From Mizuhopecten yessoensis (Eukaryota), in assembly GCF_002113885.1 (NCBI RefSeq), contig NW_018406397.1, positions 1,845,517 through 1,909,516 of the forward strand: DNA of 64,000 nt. The letters run 5' to 3'. The stretch's first letter is position 1. Every line of letters begins with the position of its first letter. Shown in pieces: positions 37,166 through 51,200 of the stretch. The notes under the pieces were generated by a model. That model was not told where the DNA came from. It searched no databases and saw nothing but the letters and a program-made list of their open reading frames with translations. The position numbers and the translations under genes are program-made.

Positions 37166-40081
37166 GTTTATATATATATATTTCATAACTGTTGTAAACT
37201 TAGGTTAATACAGATGAATTTCGAATCATAGCCGTATATTTCACAGAGAAAAACTCAAATCACTTAAATAATTGTATTCCCTCATAACCGACAAACGTTT
37301 CCTAATTCCTCATTTTATGTAATACGATTTGAAAGTTATAGCAATTTACACACATTACCTAAATATTGAGTGATCATGGTTTATATATTCCAAGCAATTA
37401 ACGTATTGATGAGTAAAACTATCCAAAAGTTGTGACGCAACAATGACTGTGATCTTGACATCACAACACTCATCACATTTAACTTACCCTTTATTGACAG
37501 CATATCAACAAAGTCGGGGCATAAATCACCTTTGATCTACCTCTAATACATCTAGACATTTGTTATCACATTTTTATTTCAACTCAAAATTGAATAGATA
37601 AATGAGGGCATGAATTTACTACACGTCACAAACGATGATTATCCAAGGTGACAACCCAGACTTGGTTTATTCAGTACTTTTGTCATCTGTTAAACACTAA
37701 CTTAGGATATATTTGTCATACGAATAAGCAGATACTATTTATAGATATTCAAATGTATTGAAGATTGTACGCTACATGATCGATTGACATGCTCGTTGTG
37801 ACCATAGCATCCAGTTTATATATAAATATATATCATATCAGTGAATGATTAACATCTTATCACCGTTTTATTAATTTACTAAACTTTTGGATTATTATCT
37901 AAGAATATGTCTTTTATCTATTAATTTGATGATCAATAGATTTGATGATCAATTGATTTGTTTATCTATTCATTTTGTCATCTTTGTTTATTGGTCATAA
38001 TATGTACCAGTTTGTTCATCTTCTTATGTTTGTTGAATAATTAAATTGACCATCTACTATTTCTTCTCTATAAACCAATGTATCTACTAGTGGTTTACAT
38101 TTACAGGAGGAGTGTGGCAACAGGAAGTATCTATCATCTTATTTCTAAAAAGCGGAGTTCTGATGTCTGTCAGTTGAGTTTTATATCAGTGAATTTTATT
38201 TTAGCTATCAGCTATGATATAGCATTTTCTTAACTCCAGTCACAATCAGATATGGGACTCATGTAAACAGCTTCATTACAATCGTTTACTTCGCTGGTGT
38301 CAACTGTCTTGTATTTACGTATAAGGTCATCGTTTCGCCTATGTCATTGTCAATATCTAACCGCTGATATATCTTGATGTGCAGAGGTCTTCAACGTCCG
38401 ATATTCCCTTGGCAATTAAATTAATTAATAATAAAGGCTTTTATATACACCAAACAGTATTTTAAAAAGGGATCTAGAAAAGTTTGGATTTTAGGCTTTC
38501 TGTCACACCGGTCTCTTCTAACCTTTCATTCATATAATTATTGTTTTATTAATGTAATAAAACTTTTTGTTTGGACACTTCCTTCCCTTTTCCATATAGA
38601 TTTGTATTCCTGCTATAGCTAAAAGTGCTAGGAACCCCAGCGGAAAAAAGTGGGAGGGAAAATTATTCTCATCGACAAACACGTATTTGACAATGTTGAC
38701 GTCGACCAGAAGATTTGAGGCCAACAATGCTTGCCTGTCAGGGGTATGGGAATACAACTTCTTTAAATTAAGAAGCTTAGATATATACATATAATAACGT
38801 TTTCTCGAAAACCACATTTTTTATTTTATAGCTGATGTTAAATGTTAAACTTACTTATCTATATCCTTACGTTTCCCTCCGCTCCGTCTACTTGTCACAC
38901 TACTGAAGTTCGTCCTATCAATGATGAAAAAGTAAAGGGATAATTATTTGTTAACTAATTTATTGAACACTTGCGCGTCATCACCAGGACGAGCACTACC
39001 GCCTGTTTCCAGTTTAACCGTGACGTATAAGGATAAGGCCAGTCACGCCACTGCATTTCCCTGGGAGGGAATCAACGCGCTGGATGCGTACCAGACCGTA
39101 TCGTACATGCGGCAACAGATGAAGCCGGCATGGAGAACCCATGTAGTACATCACAAATAAATAAATAAATGGAAATCTCATTTATCTTGTTAGTGGACAT
39201 AAGTTCGACTTCCTCTTCTGTTTATATTTTTGTTTACAAAAATTTGTATAAAAATCCCCTGGTTACATATCACTTGATTTAAAATGCAATTTTAATGTGT
39301 TTCTAGTTATTTCAAATAATCACCTTACATCAGCGTACAACAATATATCTTTCCCATTTTTTATACAAAAAGGAATAATAAAAAATGGTGGCTTGAAAAC
39401 ATCTATTATACCGGAAGATGCTGCACTGGAATTCTTCATCCGGGCACCGAGCAGGGCAGAGCTAAATGTGTTACGAGAAAAGATGATTGGTTGTTTTGAA
39501 AGTGCAGCAACAGCAACTGGATGCAAGGTAACAGTGAACGATAATGTCCAATAGGTATATTGTCGACATGAAATACAGCCATTATTTCAGACACACGTTT
39601 ATTTCTAATTGGTACTGAACTTTGACCAGCAAAGATAAAATTAGCATTGTAGAATTACCTTATACCAAGGATGTAATAATTTCTGATCACTGATGCGTCA
39701 ACATGGAATACTTAGTTGGTTTCTTGTAATCCCTTCTCCACGGGTTGATTACGACTTATCAGAAATTTTATGTCTAAGTGTCATAAAAAACTAAACTCTA
39801 GCCTCCTCATTTGAGCCCAACGCAAAGGAATTGGGGCTGGACTTCAAGGAACACGACCAGTATGCAGACACCCTGGGGTCCACAGATAAGGGAAACGTGT
39901 CGTTTGTTGTACTGTACCCAGTATCGATCCGTATTTCCATTTCGGAACAGATGAAGTCAACCTTATTAGAGGCTTCACTCTCGCTACAGGTAGATGTTGA
40001 ATGGACAAATCTCAGCTGTTTAAGTTTTAAACCAACATATTAAAATGTTGTGTTCTGAATTTATTGGTGTCCCGTTTTTAA

Positions 40082-40264
40082 TACAGTCAAACCTACTCAT
40101 GCGACCACCTCTAATTACAGACCACCTGTGTAAAGAGACCCCTTTTAATATTCCCAATTGTCGTGATTTCTTTGTTAATCTACCTGTATTAAGAGACTAC
40201 TACTGAAAAGTGACCATTATTTGGTTTCTACGTGGATGGTCTTTTAATACAGGTTTCACTGTAT
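40082..40264. mobile_element. TA-flanked Tc1/mariner/pogo-type MITE
   Basis: ta|cagtcaaacct ... aggtttcactg|ta. Confidence 0.65.
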
Positions 40265-40555
40265 GGTGATTACATGATTTTGTATGGGAAGATAATCTTT
40301 AAAAACATCTTGTCGGATCCGAGTCCAACATATTTAATTGTTCAATTTCGCAAGTATGGCAAACGGATAATGATACATCAGGCTCTGTCACATTGCCAAC
40401 TGGTTATGTCAGATAATATCATTCAAAACAGAAAGATGAAATAAATATATGCATGGAATCAACACATTTTGTATATTCCAATTTTACACTTTTCAAAAAA
40501 AAACAACGATGCTTTATTGTTGATAATTATAAAATAACCTGAAATAATATTACGC

Positions 40556-41826
40556 TCACGGGCTAAATGTGTAGTTAAACGTCAGTGTTTCAGTTCTTTC
40601 CGCAAATGCTGCATTAAATATTTCATTATCTGCCACTGTGAACCAGTTCTTCTAGTCTCCAACTTCACCTGTTTGGAACAAAATATTAATTTCACATTAG
40701 GTGTTTTATTTTCTATGACTTTATTGAGTTGTTTCACGTGTCGTCATTAACAGTACAATTACTTTATAAATTACATGTTTTTCGATTAGCGAAATTATCT
40801 AGAGTTCCACGGTTCAAGTTTTAAAACACATATTCAAGGTCAAAGGACATTGTAAACAAAGTATGGTACCTTTTCTGTACATGTTTTGAAAGTCTTCCAT
40901 TTCCGGATTGGGATTGCCTGTAGCCTTGACGACTTTGTTTGCTTGTTTTAAACTTTCAAAATTGCAGTTGTCTGTTATGTCTCTGATCAGTTGGTCATCA
41001 TATTCCACTTTCAAAAACTCTGCAAGACGACTGACCTCTCCAAGAGGGTTCTGATTTAAAAATTTAAAAATTTAAAAATCAATATCACGGCGTCAATACA
41101 TGAGGCTATATCTAGAACTCAAAGTTTGTACGAAAATAAAGCAACAGGATTCGAAGTAATACAACAAATACAACAAATGACACCAGGAACCAACACAAAA
41201 ATACCACTTGTGGCACTGGTTAAGATGTCCTAGGGTAGTATGTAAGTGATTAACTGGTGAACATGTATCGTGGTATACTGGAATCTCATATCAACAAGTC
41301 AGGACTTGATGCCGACAAAAGTATTTCCTTAGCCTAGAATAAAACTCTCTATAGAAAAAAAGGAATGCCTGATACTTAGAGCGAGTTACAATTTAGCAAA
41401 ATATCATTTGATTAATAAAGTTTATAAGATCAAAATAAAAATCAGAGCATTTGATTTAAGGCTTGATCCTGTTGTATATCATAACACACTGCGAGATATG
41501 TTTATTGCATACAACTTCCAGAAAGCGACTGTTAAGGCAAGAACGACAAGCCCAGTTTATCATACAAATATAAATATATATTAATTTAAATATGCATCAT
41601 CTTCCGTATAAACTATATTTTCTAATGCTTGATTGCAATGGCTGAACATACTGTTATCTTAAAACTATTATCAAACACAATAAAACGTATTAAAAATAAA
41701 TAAAAAAATAACCATTACCAACCGATTTTAGATCCTCATAATACAGCATGTGAATGTGTAGATCCTGGTTACTGTCTATAATTTGACTCCACTCCTTCGT
41801 ATAGGTAAACCATTCGAACGTCATTC
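40556..41826 (-). pseudogene. Sulfotransferase pseudogene (last three exons)
   Basis: Exons 41723-41826, 40870-41050 and 40556-40668 are homologous to exons 4-6 of the intact copy. RKG|EVGDWKNWF has TGG changed to TAG (40652-40654). No intact upstream exons were found. Confidence 0.8.
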
Positions 41827-43351
41827 CTGAAACAAGAAGATTAATGACTAGCAGTGAAGGTCACAAGCGGTATTTTTAATTCTGTTTAAATAGGATATAA
41901 TGTAGATCATGACATTATTCCTTTACCTTTTGAATATATTTACATTTGAATCGTCGATATAAATATAGGATATTTATTAAATGTATTAATTATTTTAAGA
42001 AAAACTCACAAAACAAAAACGAATAATGTTAATAACTTATCATATGTTGGATCGTGAAAATAAATTCTTTCAACATTTTACTCAGGCATATCTTAGCAAG
42101 ATCCAAGTTCAGTTTGTTGTTTCTGTTGACTTACTTGGAGGATAGTTGGTCTTAAACGCCATTTTAGTAAGGTCACTGAAAACGAAATGAAAATAAATAT
42201 TTGATTAATTTCAATACGGGTGTTGAAAAGAAAATATAAAGGTACACACAAAAATAATTTACAAAATGATTATTATATTAACATTGTGTTTCATTTGTTT
42301 AAATAGACATCAGAATAATATATTACGTTGAAGCAACGAAAAATGTTAAATCAATGAAATTTCCCATGTAAATGTCAATTTGTTTGTCACCATGAAGGAA
42401 AGGTGCGACCCAATGCAGTAATTATCATTTTTTATGTGTTTCGCCTTAATTTTAGTCTTCATTATCAACTAGGTTATGTGGAGCTGATTTATGAAAGAAA
42501 GCTACACACATGCACAGTTACAAATATTTTGAAAAAGGGGTGAGGGATAATGACCTCTTGTCTGGATGCTTAAAATATCAGCCGATGGCTCTGCATTAAT
42601 TTATCAACAAAATGCAAATGAATATAAATCTACGCTCGAAAGATAATGATGCAATATAAATATCGTGGGGGGTTTTCATCTGAAATCTGTCAGATTTCAG
42701 ATACGGTGATTTTTTTTTAATAATCTAAGCCAAATCCAATTGATGTCATGTCTTCAAAACAAAATGAGAACCTATGAAACTTGTATTTCCCAATGATATC
42801 ATGAAAGCAACCTGACAACTTGCCTTTATCAACTTACATCTTTGAAAATCCTGTGTTGTAATTTTGTCTTCAGCAGTCGAGACTTGTTCGTAACATTGCC
42901 TAAAATTGACATATTTCCTTAATAATCAGTTATTGCATGATATAACCGTTAGATTAAACATTTAACCTCATGGTTTACTGAAAACGTACACAACGGGGGC
43001 GTGAACGTCACCTTTGATGATGACAAATACGGATGTAGATTAAACTAAAACTCTGACGTACCTCACATGACCAAAGGGGAATAACTCAAATAGTCTTATC
43101 GGATTTTACAGAACGGAGATCACTGTGGCTTGGTGCTTCAAAAAACATTCCAGGCCATATCTCATGAATGTATATACCAACATTTTAAGAAAGGTCAAAA
43201 TGACCGTGTCTCTTTACTTTGAATTATATTCATGACTATAACAAGTAACTTGTAAAATCTTCACCAAGTTCCGTTACCCTTTCAAAATATAGAAACTAAC
43301 CATGTGAAGTCACAGAATTTAAAGTAAAAAACAAACAAATATGATTGCTAT

Positions 43352-44150
43352 TAGGGTTGTCAAACCGGTCAAATTTTGGTTACAGGTTACTCAAACAATC
43401 TTCCGATTGAGTAACCGGTTAGTCAGTTAATTTGATAATCAACCAATAAGCAACGACAATACGTTATCTGTTTAGCAAATGCATACATTTTATATAAATT
43501 AGCATGACGGTTTACTCCCGCATTTCAAGCTGAACGCAGGAACTAGGTACGTGTTACCTCAGTAAGCACATTTAATTAACAAATGATGTCGGAATACAAT
43601 AAGGCAGGATTCAATTACAGTTATCTGAACTCGAAATCATATGCGGTAACATTGTTCTTTAGTTTGGTTTGTTTGTGTTTTGCGTCCTATTAACAACTAT
43701 GGTCATTTAAGGACATGCCGTGTTTTGGCGGTGAAGGAAAGCCGGTGTTCCCGGAGAAAAACTACTGACCGACGGCCAGTACCTGGTGGCTGCCTCACGT
43801 AGGTCTTGAACCCGCAACCCAGGGGTGGAGGACTAGTGGTAGCAGAATGTAAGGAGCCTTAGATATCAGATGTTCTTTAGAACAAAATTTGATCGTCAAA
43901 CGTTCTAAAACATGCTTGCTCATTAAAGTATGTACTCTTCAGATTATATTAACATATCGCACATAAAAGCGAGTTCTACCTCTAAAAGCTGATGTCTAGC
44001 AACTTGTATCCTGGCTTCCTTTTAAAGTATGTTCAGAATTTTTCGGTGCTTGCAACATCTTTTTGTCAATCTTTACAATAAAGTGTTGTGAGCGTATCAG
44101 TTAGCCTAAAACTTATATTTTCAGTTAACGTTGTGGAGGTAATATGTATT
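43352..44150. mobile_element. Non-autonomous DNA element (TAGGG terminus, hAT-like); related inverted copy at ~50156-50700
   Basis: tagggttgtcaa starts at both loci. 43870-44110 is a diverged reverse complement of 50355-50605. Confidence 0.5.
43660..43845 (-). mobile_element. Short tRNA-derived SINE nested in the DNA element
   Basis: Minus strand shows a gggttcaagacc B-box, a ttttctccggg core and the tail gttgttaataggacgcaaaacacaaacaaaccaaac. Confidence 0.65.
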
Positions 44151-44569
44151 GATCGTAACTCACCGCCTAATAAGGATCTGCTACAAGGATAATGAAATTT
44201 AGAATCCCCTCCTATAGAATATACCACTCAATACACTGTCAGGTAAAATCGCACTTAAAACGGAGTCAGTTAGCTGTTAGCGTGAAATAGTTTTTAACTG
44301 TAGAATTTTCTTTTTTAGAATGCTTTCGCTGTGTTATCCAGGCATTTCAAATTTCATGAATTCAAGAAGAGATGAAGAGAGAAGTTAATGAATCTTGAAT
44401 TAGTTTAGTAAATACAGAAAGAATGGTCTCGTTAACAGCAAATCATACAAAATAATTAGAATGCCTGGGAATCCTGAGGTTTCCAAGGGTTGGGGAAGGC
44501 CCTACCAGCAAGGTCCTCTCAGGCTTACCCATATATAAACACACACAAAATAAGAGAAAAAATAGTAAT

Positions 44570-46262
44570 TAGGTAGACATTGCTATTGTACGTACATTTG
44601 TACGTGTTATTTCATTATTAACGCTGATACAACAGCAACATTTTGTCAATAAAAATAGCACTATGCAGTACAAAGGTTACATAATCAGATGAGCTTAATA
44701 TGTGGGGAAGGCTACCCCCAAGTAATACATGAATTAAATCATAATCAGACAAAGAGTATAAGAACACGCTAAATTCCATATCAAAAGCCGTACTAATAAG
44801 ACACCATAGATCGTCTCTAAGACCTCAGTTTTTGTACAATGAAGTACTATATGTGTTATACGGTCATTATGTAAAATACCACAAAAATGGCATAATTCAA
44901 TAATATTTGTTGATCTTGAATTAGCACATAATCGAACTATATTGCTTATCTTGCTTAGATGTTCAGGGAATTTTAATGCTACTGTCCATAAAATATGTGG
45001 AGAAATTACATCATGAATGAGCAAAAATCTTGTGAAATCTGAATCGTTGTTCATTCTATCGTACATCATTAATTCTTCCCAATTATAAACTGCTTTATAG
45101 GAAATTGACTTCCATGATGAACTACTTGGAAAAACTGTATCTGATATATACTGCAACAGATAATTAAACAAATCATACTTGCGAAGTATTCTCACAATAT
45201 CAGGAATAAAACCAGTTTGACAGGACTCCTTCAAAATATGCATGAATAGGCGTTTGAGAAATATAGTATGAGTTAAGTATTTACTGTCCAGTCTACAAAG
45301 ACGACCGAGAAATAAAAGTTTTCTTATATCAATGTAACCTTCTATGGAGGTCCATCCAATTAAGGAGTTGGCCATATCAGTTCTAGTTCTAATGTTTAAC
45401 CCTTGAATGGATTTTACGATAAAATTTTGAGCGCGCTCTAATTTGATTAATTCAGTTCTAGACAGTTGCCATAGTTCACACCCGTACATGGCAGACGGGA
45501 AAACTTTAGCCTTAATCAGCTTTGCAACTGTTAAAGGATTAAGAGTCCTAGGATGAGCACCAGATCGAATAAGAGCCATGGTTCCACTTTTTAGTTTCTT
45601 GCATGCAGACTCAGTTCTGTCCGATGTACATAATTTAAAATTCAAAACAACACCGACGTGCGAAATGTTTTCAAGAACTGGTAGTGCTTTACCATATAAA
45701 TCCACATCTTTTACCAAGACTTATCTGCCTTTTTTAAAAACAACAATTCTACTTTTATCAACAGATAATGAAAATCTCCATTTACGACTATAGTTTCGCA
45801 AATTGTAACCATATCTTGTAAACCAATACCTATGTTACTGATCAAACATATGTCATCTGCTTGTGTGGGGATATTAACCCTGGTATCAATAACAAAAGCT
45901 CCTTTTCTTGACGATTCGACATCATTTAGTAAATCGTTAATAAAAACCAGGTAAATTTTTGCAGATAATAACCCCCCCTGTAAGATCCCTCTCTTCATGA
46001 GGACAGGTGATGACTGGTGACCCTTAAAGGCGACATGACTTACAAAACCGGTATACATATTTTTTAATATAGTCAAAATTTTGCCCTTAAATCCTATTTT
46101 GTACAGTTTGAGAAGTAACCCTTCGTGCCAAACAGTATCAAAAGCTTTCTTGCTATCTAAAAATGAAACGAAAGGACCAGAGTCATTTTCTAGATTGTAT
46201 CTCACACATTCCCGTAAATTAAAGGAAGTGCATAGACTATATAATTTTTTCATATCAGCCGA
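44570..46262 (-). mobile_element. 5'-truncated LINE ORF2 (RT domain + C-terminal region), frameshifted
   Basis: FLDSKKAFDTVWH, RGILQGGLLS, QADDICL; second frame MYGCELW..RKLLFLGRL..C2-H-C knuckle (CHFC..HIVLHC). Confidence 0.88.
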
Positions 46263-48218
46263 TTGCTGTCTGTTTGTGAAGTTATGGTGAAAGAATACGC
46301 CTGCTGTATCACTACGCATCTCGTAGAGGCGAATAATGTTGGCCCCAATGCACAATCGGGTGCGGATTCCTTCCATGTGTTCTGATAGGGGGCCATTGGA
46401 TAGTCCAATAGACCTGATGTAATTGGTGTCTCTCTGGGACCCAATCTCCATGTAGTCCGAGCCATGTCGAGGATGTTAAAACCCCATTAAAATAGTTAAG
46501 GAATCTCTGTCCTACTGCACTGTGGTATTTCGTTTAAACAGTAACCTCTCCCTAAATTCGTTCCTGATATAACTGTAGCACAGTTGGACGATAGCATTTC
46601 CATTTTGTTGGAGCGATAGTATAACCATTAGAGGTCCATGGTTCGAATCCCGGTCTAATCCCGCCGATTTTATTTTGAATCAAAACACTGGTGTTGATAC
46701 ATGTATGTTTTATTTCTTCATATTTATTAGTTTTCATAAACGACTTGCAAGTATTTTTCTTCTTTTCTGTAATAAATGATCAGCTATAGTCATGCCGTAA
46801 TAAACAAGTTTGCAATGTGTAGTTAGTTTTTGGCAGCTTTACAGTAATTTTTTAAATGAGCATTTCTTTCAATTTAAATACAATGTTATCAAAATACTGC
46901 ACTTGATAAATCACACTATTGATTTCTCCAGACCGAATGAATAAGTTTATGACTATTTGACGTTCACTAACAGGTAATAGTACTTATGTGTGAGCACACA
47001 TGGTATATTTTATCTATAAGATAACATTTTATCTCCTTTTTTCACCTTATCTGTTGATATTATGTATATCAGTGTGAATATTTAGCTACAATCTTGCAGA
47101 GTCAGTTTTAGATTGATAAAGTACCAAGCTGATACAATTTGATTGTAACGTTTTAAAATTTAAACCTCTTTATGTCTACAGATAAAATCAGAGTAAGTAT
47201 GACACAGTGTTTTAAATATCCATTTAGCTACGGTATGCGATGATATAATTCAATCTACCTCACAATTTAAGTTTGATATTATGCGTACAGCATGTCACTT
47301 ATATAAAGGGTTTAACACTCAAACATAACTTATGTTTTGTGAAGCAGTCGACTGTACCTTGAATAAAATACAAATATATTATTAATAAATTTTATTTTTA
47401 TTGTCACGCCTTAAATATTCAACCATAAGTGTTCCTTTCCTGGAGCCGTGCTTAATCACTTTAATTGACAAGAGCTCTGCTTAATTTCATTTACTTTTTC
47501 AGTGAATGGCGTTAAACAGAAGTTAATGTTTCATAACATCACATCAATATATGTAGAATACGTATTGATATTGTTAATAATTACTTTTAATTCTTGCAGC
47601 TACGTGCGACGAGTCTGAGTTGCTGAGTTACACCATGGAATCATACAAATCTATTAAGCAGATGATTTTGAAAGCCTCCCAAGTCCAGGGCCCAGTTGTT
47701 CAAAAGTGATTAGCTTACTAACTGTTTAACGACATTTTTCAACCTTTAATAATTTTGTAAATATACAAGGTAAAAAATCGTAATTTTACACGTAAATTCA
47801 ATTCCAATTACTCTGATTGAAATTTGCGCTTATCACTGATTAAGCCAATCATCCATTGTCTAATTATCCAACACTACACGATGTTCTGTTACCGTTATCT
47901 ACACAATTTTAACCTCAAAATTTATTCTCCTTCTTTGTATAATTAAATCATTCAAGTTTCATAGTGAAATACAATCATACCACATCCAATGTAAATGAAG
48001 TACGCATTTATATCCTTAAACAGAAATAAATCATACGTACAAACTCACGCGCACTCATTCCCTTCGTCATGTACGCATGCACGCGGACAATTTGACTGAA
48101 CAGTTAATGTATTGCTCCATACGCACATGTTAAAAATAAATTGATTATGAATATTAAAAGGCATTTTCCTGAATATGTTGAGGGCTAGGTATTTATAAGA
48201 GTGTACTAATATGAGTTA

Positions 48219-51200
48219 TTATTTTTGTTTTAAGCTGTATGTATATTTAAAGTTAAGCCCTTTCATCCTTTCATTGAAGACAGCATCAAACTTCTCACTA
48301 TCGGCTACCGTGAACCAGTTTTTCCAGTCTCCGACTTCACCTGCAAAACATTGGCACTATTACAATATTTCAAAAAAAAAACTTTAGATAATTATGATCA
48401 TTCTTAGTTAGCAAAGGCACCATTAAGTACGAAGGAAACAACATCTGGGACTAAAATTAAAACCAGCATTTTCAATGTGCTCGCATTAATTAGAAAGTAC
48501 ACATTTTTTGTTAGCGTTTAGTAAATTATAGGTATAAATATTAACTTACCTTTCCTGTACATGTTTTGAAAATCGTTCATTTCCGGATTAGGATTTCCGC
48601 TCGCTTCGGCTTTGACCTCCTTATTAGCTTTCTTAAGATTTTTGAAATTACAGTTGTGGCTGACGTCCTTGATAAGTTGTTCGTCATAATCTACCTTAAG
48701 GAAGTCTGCCAGACGCCGGGTCTCTCCTATAGGATCCTGGGAAAAGGCAAAGATGACTGTCTCATATATCAAATTGTTAAAGTCTTGGAAATCTTTTATC
48801 GAACCTCTTTGAATGTAAACAGTTTGACTTATAATTGCAAAGAAAGCGAAATACGAACTTGTGTTTTTTTTTCAGAAATAAATTACACATTTTGTTACAA
48901 GGTTTTAGTCTCTATGGAATGTTACCCTTCATATCGATACTACCTTTATAATATCTTCATAGTACATCATGTGAATCTGTAATTTGTTGTTGTCCGCAAT
49001 AATTTCATTCCAGTCGTTTGTGTACTTGAACCAGTCGACAGTGAAACCTGGAATGCAAAGCTAAACAATTTGACTTCCATAACATTTTTTTTTTAAATAA
49101 ATATCTCTAAATACATACTACAGTCTTAACGCATGTATGTTTGGTATAGAAACATTCTTCATAAGAGGTTGGGGTACATTGATACAACAAAATATAATAT
49201 TTAATACACAATCCCCTGAATATGTCTCTTCAAAATACAAAGATGGAAGAAGGAGACACATTTAAATATTGCATTTATTGTAGAAGTAGTTTTTAGAACT
49301 CAATAATGTAAAGCGATTGCACGCCTTAAAGTTCTATTTATGTTTGCATCTATATCCACAACAGATGATAACATGTATTAATTAATTATTATCTATCGAG
49401 TGCTTCCAAATATGTGTATCATCCATGTTTATTTTTAAATACGTGATAGATTTGTTTGAAAAACAACTCACTTTGGAATAGACAAATATATGGATAAACA
49501 TGAAATGCCTTGTAATATTTCGAAATAATAACCATCATACCCTGTGGATAATTATATTTACATTTTTTATCTAAAATAATATATATGTTGTACCATGATC
49601 AAGGTAAATCTGTAGAAAGTCGCTGAAGGAATGTTTGAATTGACCTATGGTCATGTTCCTCCTGTGGTGAAAATTCGAAACGACAACATCTTTAGGATTT
49701 CTCTGGATGAAGATAATTCGTCCCTTGGAGCCATTTTCTAATTGTTCGGGGAGAAGTCTCAGGTAAAAATGGGTGTTAAGGGCTCTTGGTGATGGAAGAC
49801 TGTCAAACTCTTCTGGCCAATGGAACTCCATCATTCTCGTCTCCTTGGATACGTTTTCGTATTCTGCCTTTCCTTTCAGTAGCATGGTTGTCATTTCCCA
49901 TACCCAGTGTGTCCCTGTACAAAGCATCAATATAGTAATGTAAACTTTGTTTCGAACACGTCATACTTTGAAGCATGGTGTTCAATTGACTTCTTAACCA
50001 ATGTATGCTCCCCAGGGAGTTGAGAAAGATATTGACTGGTTGCAAAGGCCCTATAACCATTGATAATAATTTGTGAACCGCTTTGAGAAGACCTATGAGC
50101 TGGGCTGTGATAAAGCGGTATATAAGATCCCCGAATTATTAGTATTTGTAATTAATAGGGTTGTCAACGGTTAGCCGGTTAACCATTTACTCGGTCGGAA
50201 GACCACGAAGCGGCTACCAAAATCAACAACCGAATAGTATGACAGTTATTTATCCCTTTGGGGAGCCCCCAGTTTCCCTGGCCTAGACCTACACATTATC
50301 TATAAATGCTACCAAAATTAGATACAATATATATGTAGTTTTGCAATAAAAGCAGTGTTCAGGCTGACATTTTAGTGTTGTTTTGTACTTTATTGTAAAT
50401 ATTGACAAAGAGATACCGCCTGCACCATTAAAAAACCATGAACATGTTTAAAAGGGAGCCAGAATACAAAGTTGTGAAATATCAACTTTTAGAGGTATGA
50501 ACTCGCTTTTGCATACGAGATGTAAATATCATCTGAGGAGTTCACACTTGAATGAGCAAACATGTATTAAAGCGTTTGTTGATCAAACTGTGCTCTAAAG
50601 CACCGTATAACCGCATAGGATAGTACAGATAACTTTTATTGAATCCCGGCTTACTGTATTCCAAAATTTGTTGTCCATGAAATATACTTACCGAGGTAAC
50701 AGTATTGAATTTTTATACATATAAATGGGAGGGAAAAATTAAAACAAATATTACTTTTTCATATTACAATGTATATCGTTACATTGTAATAAAATTATAT
50801 TTTTTACATACATTATATTGCATACATTACATATTTTTAACTCATTCACCCCTGAAATTTCATAATGAACTATTTCAACCTTTGAATTGGATGAGTTCAA
50901 ATGTGTCTTCAGGGGTGAATGAGTTAAATACCTTGTATTATATAATTAGTCTTTATTTACAGTTTATCAGTACTATTTCTAATAATGAACGTAAATTAGG
51001 TATACATAAGCGTACCTGATTTCATAGATGCACAAATGAATACGTCATCGTCTCGACATTCCATTTTCCTCATCTTTTTCAGGTTTTCCCGGACATCAGG
51101 AATGAACCCCGAGCTGATAAAGTTAACATCTAAGCTAAGGCCCTCATGTCGGAGGACCTGTCTCTCCTCTCCCGTGTGTGTGGTGAATGTAGTCACTTCA

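Larger units (their letters stand above)
36394..39989 (+). pseudogene. PM20D2 pseudogene copy C (partial exon 1, remnants of 2a and 2b, exons 3-5)
   Basis: Exon 1 part 36394-36551; 2a remnant ~38083-38160; 2b remnant ~38619-38742; exon 3 ~39013-39142; exon 4 ~39372-39527; exon 5 ~39743-39989. Stops and indels are present. Confidence 0.88.

Noticed and set aside
43870-44110. Inverted SULT intron 2 as proof of a gene inversion
   Set aside because: Its position does not fit the order of the inverted exon remnant; independent insertions of the same DNA element explain it better.
46570-46670. tRNA gene (ggttcgaatccc B-box)
   Set aside because: No acceptor stem or full cloverleaf could be built; more likely a SINE head relic.
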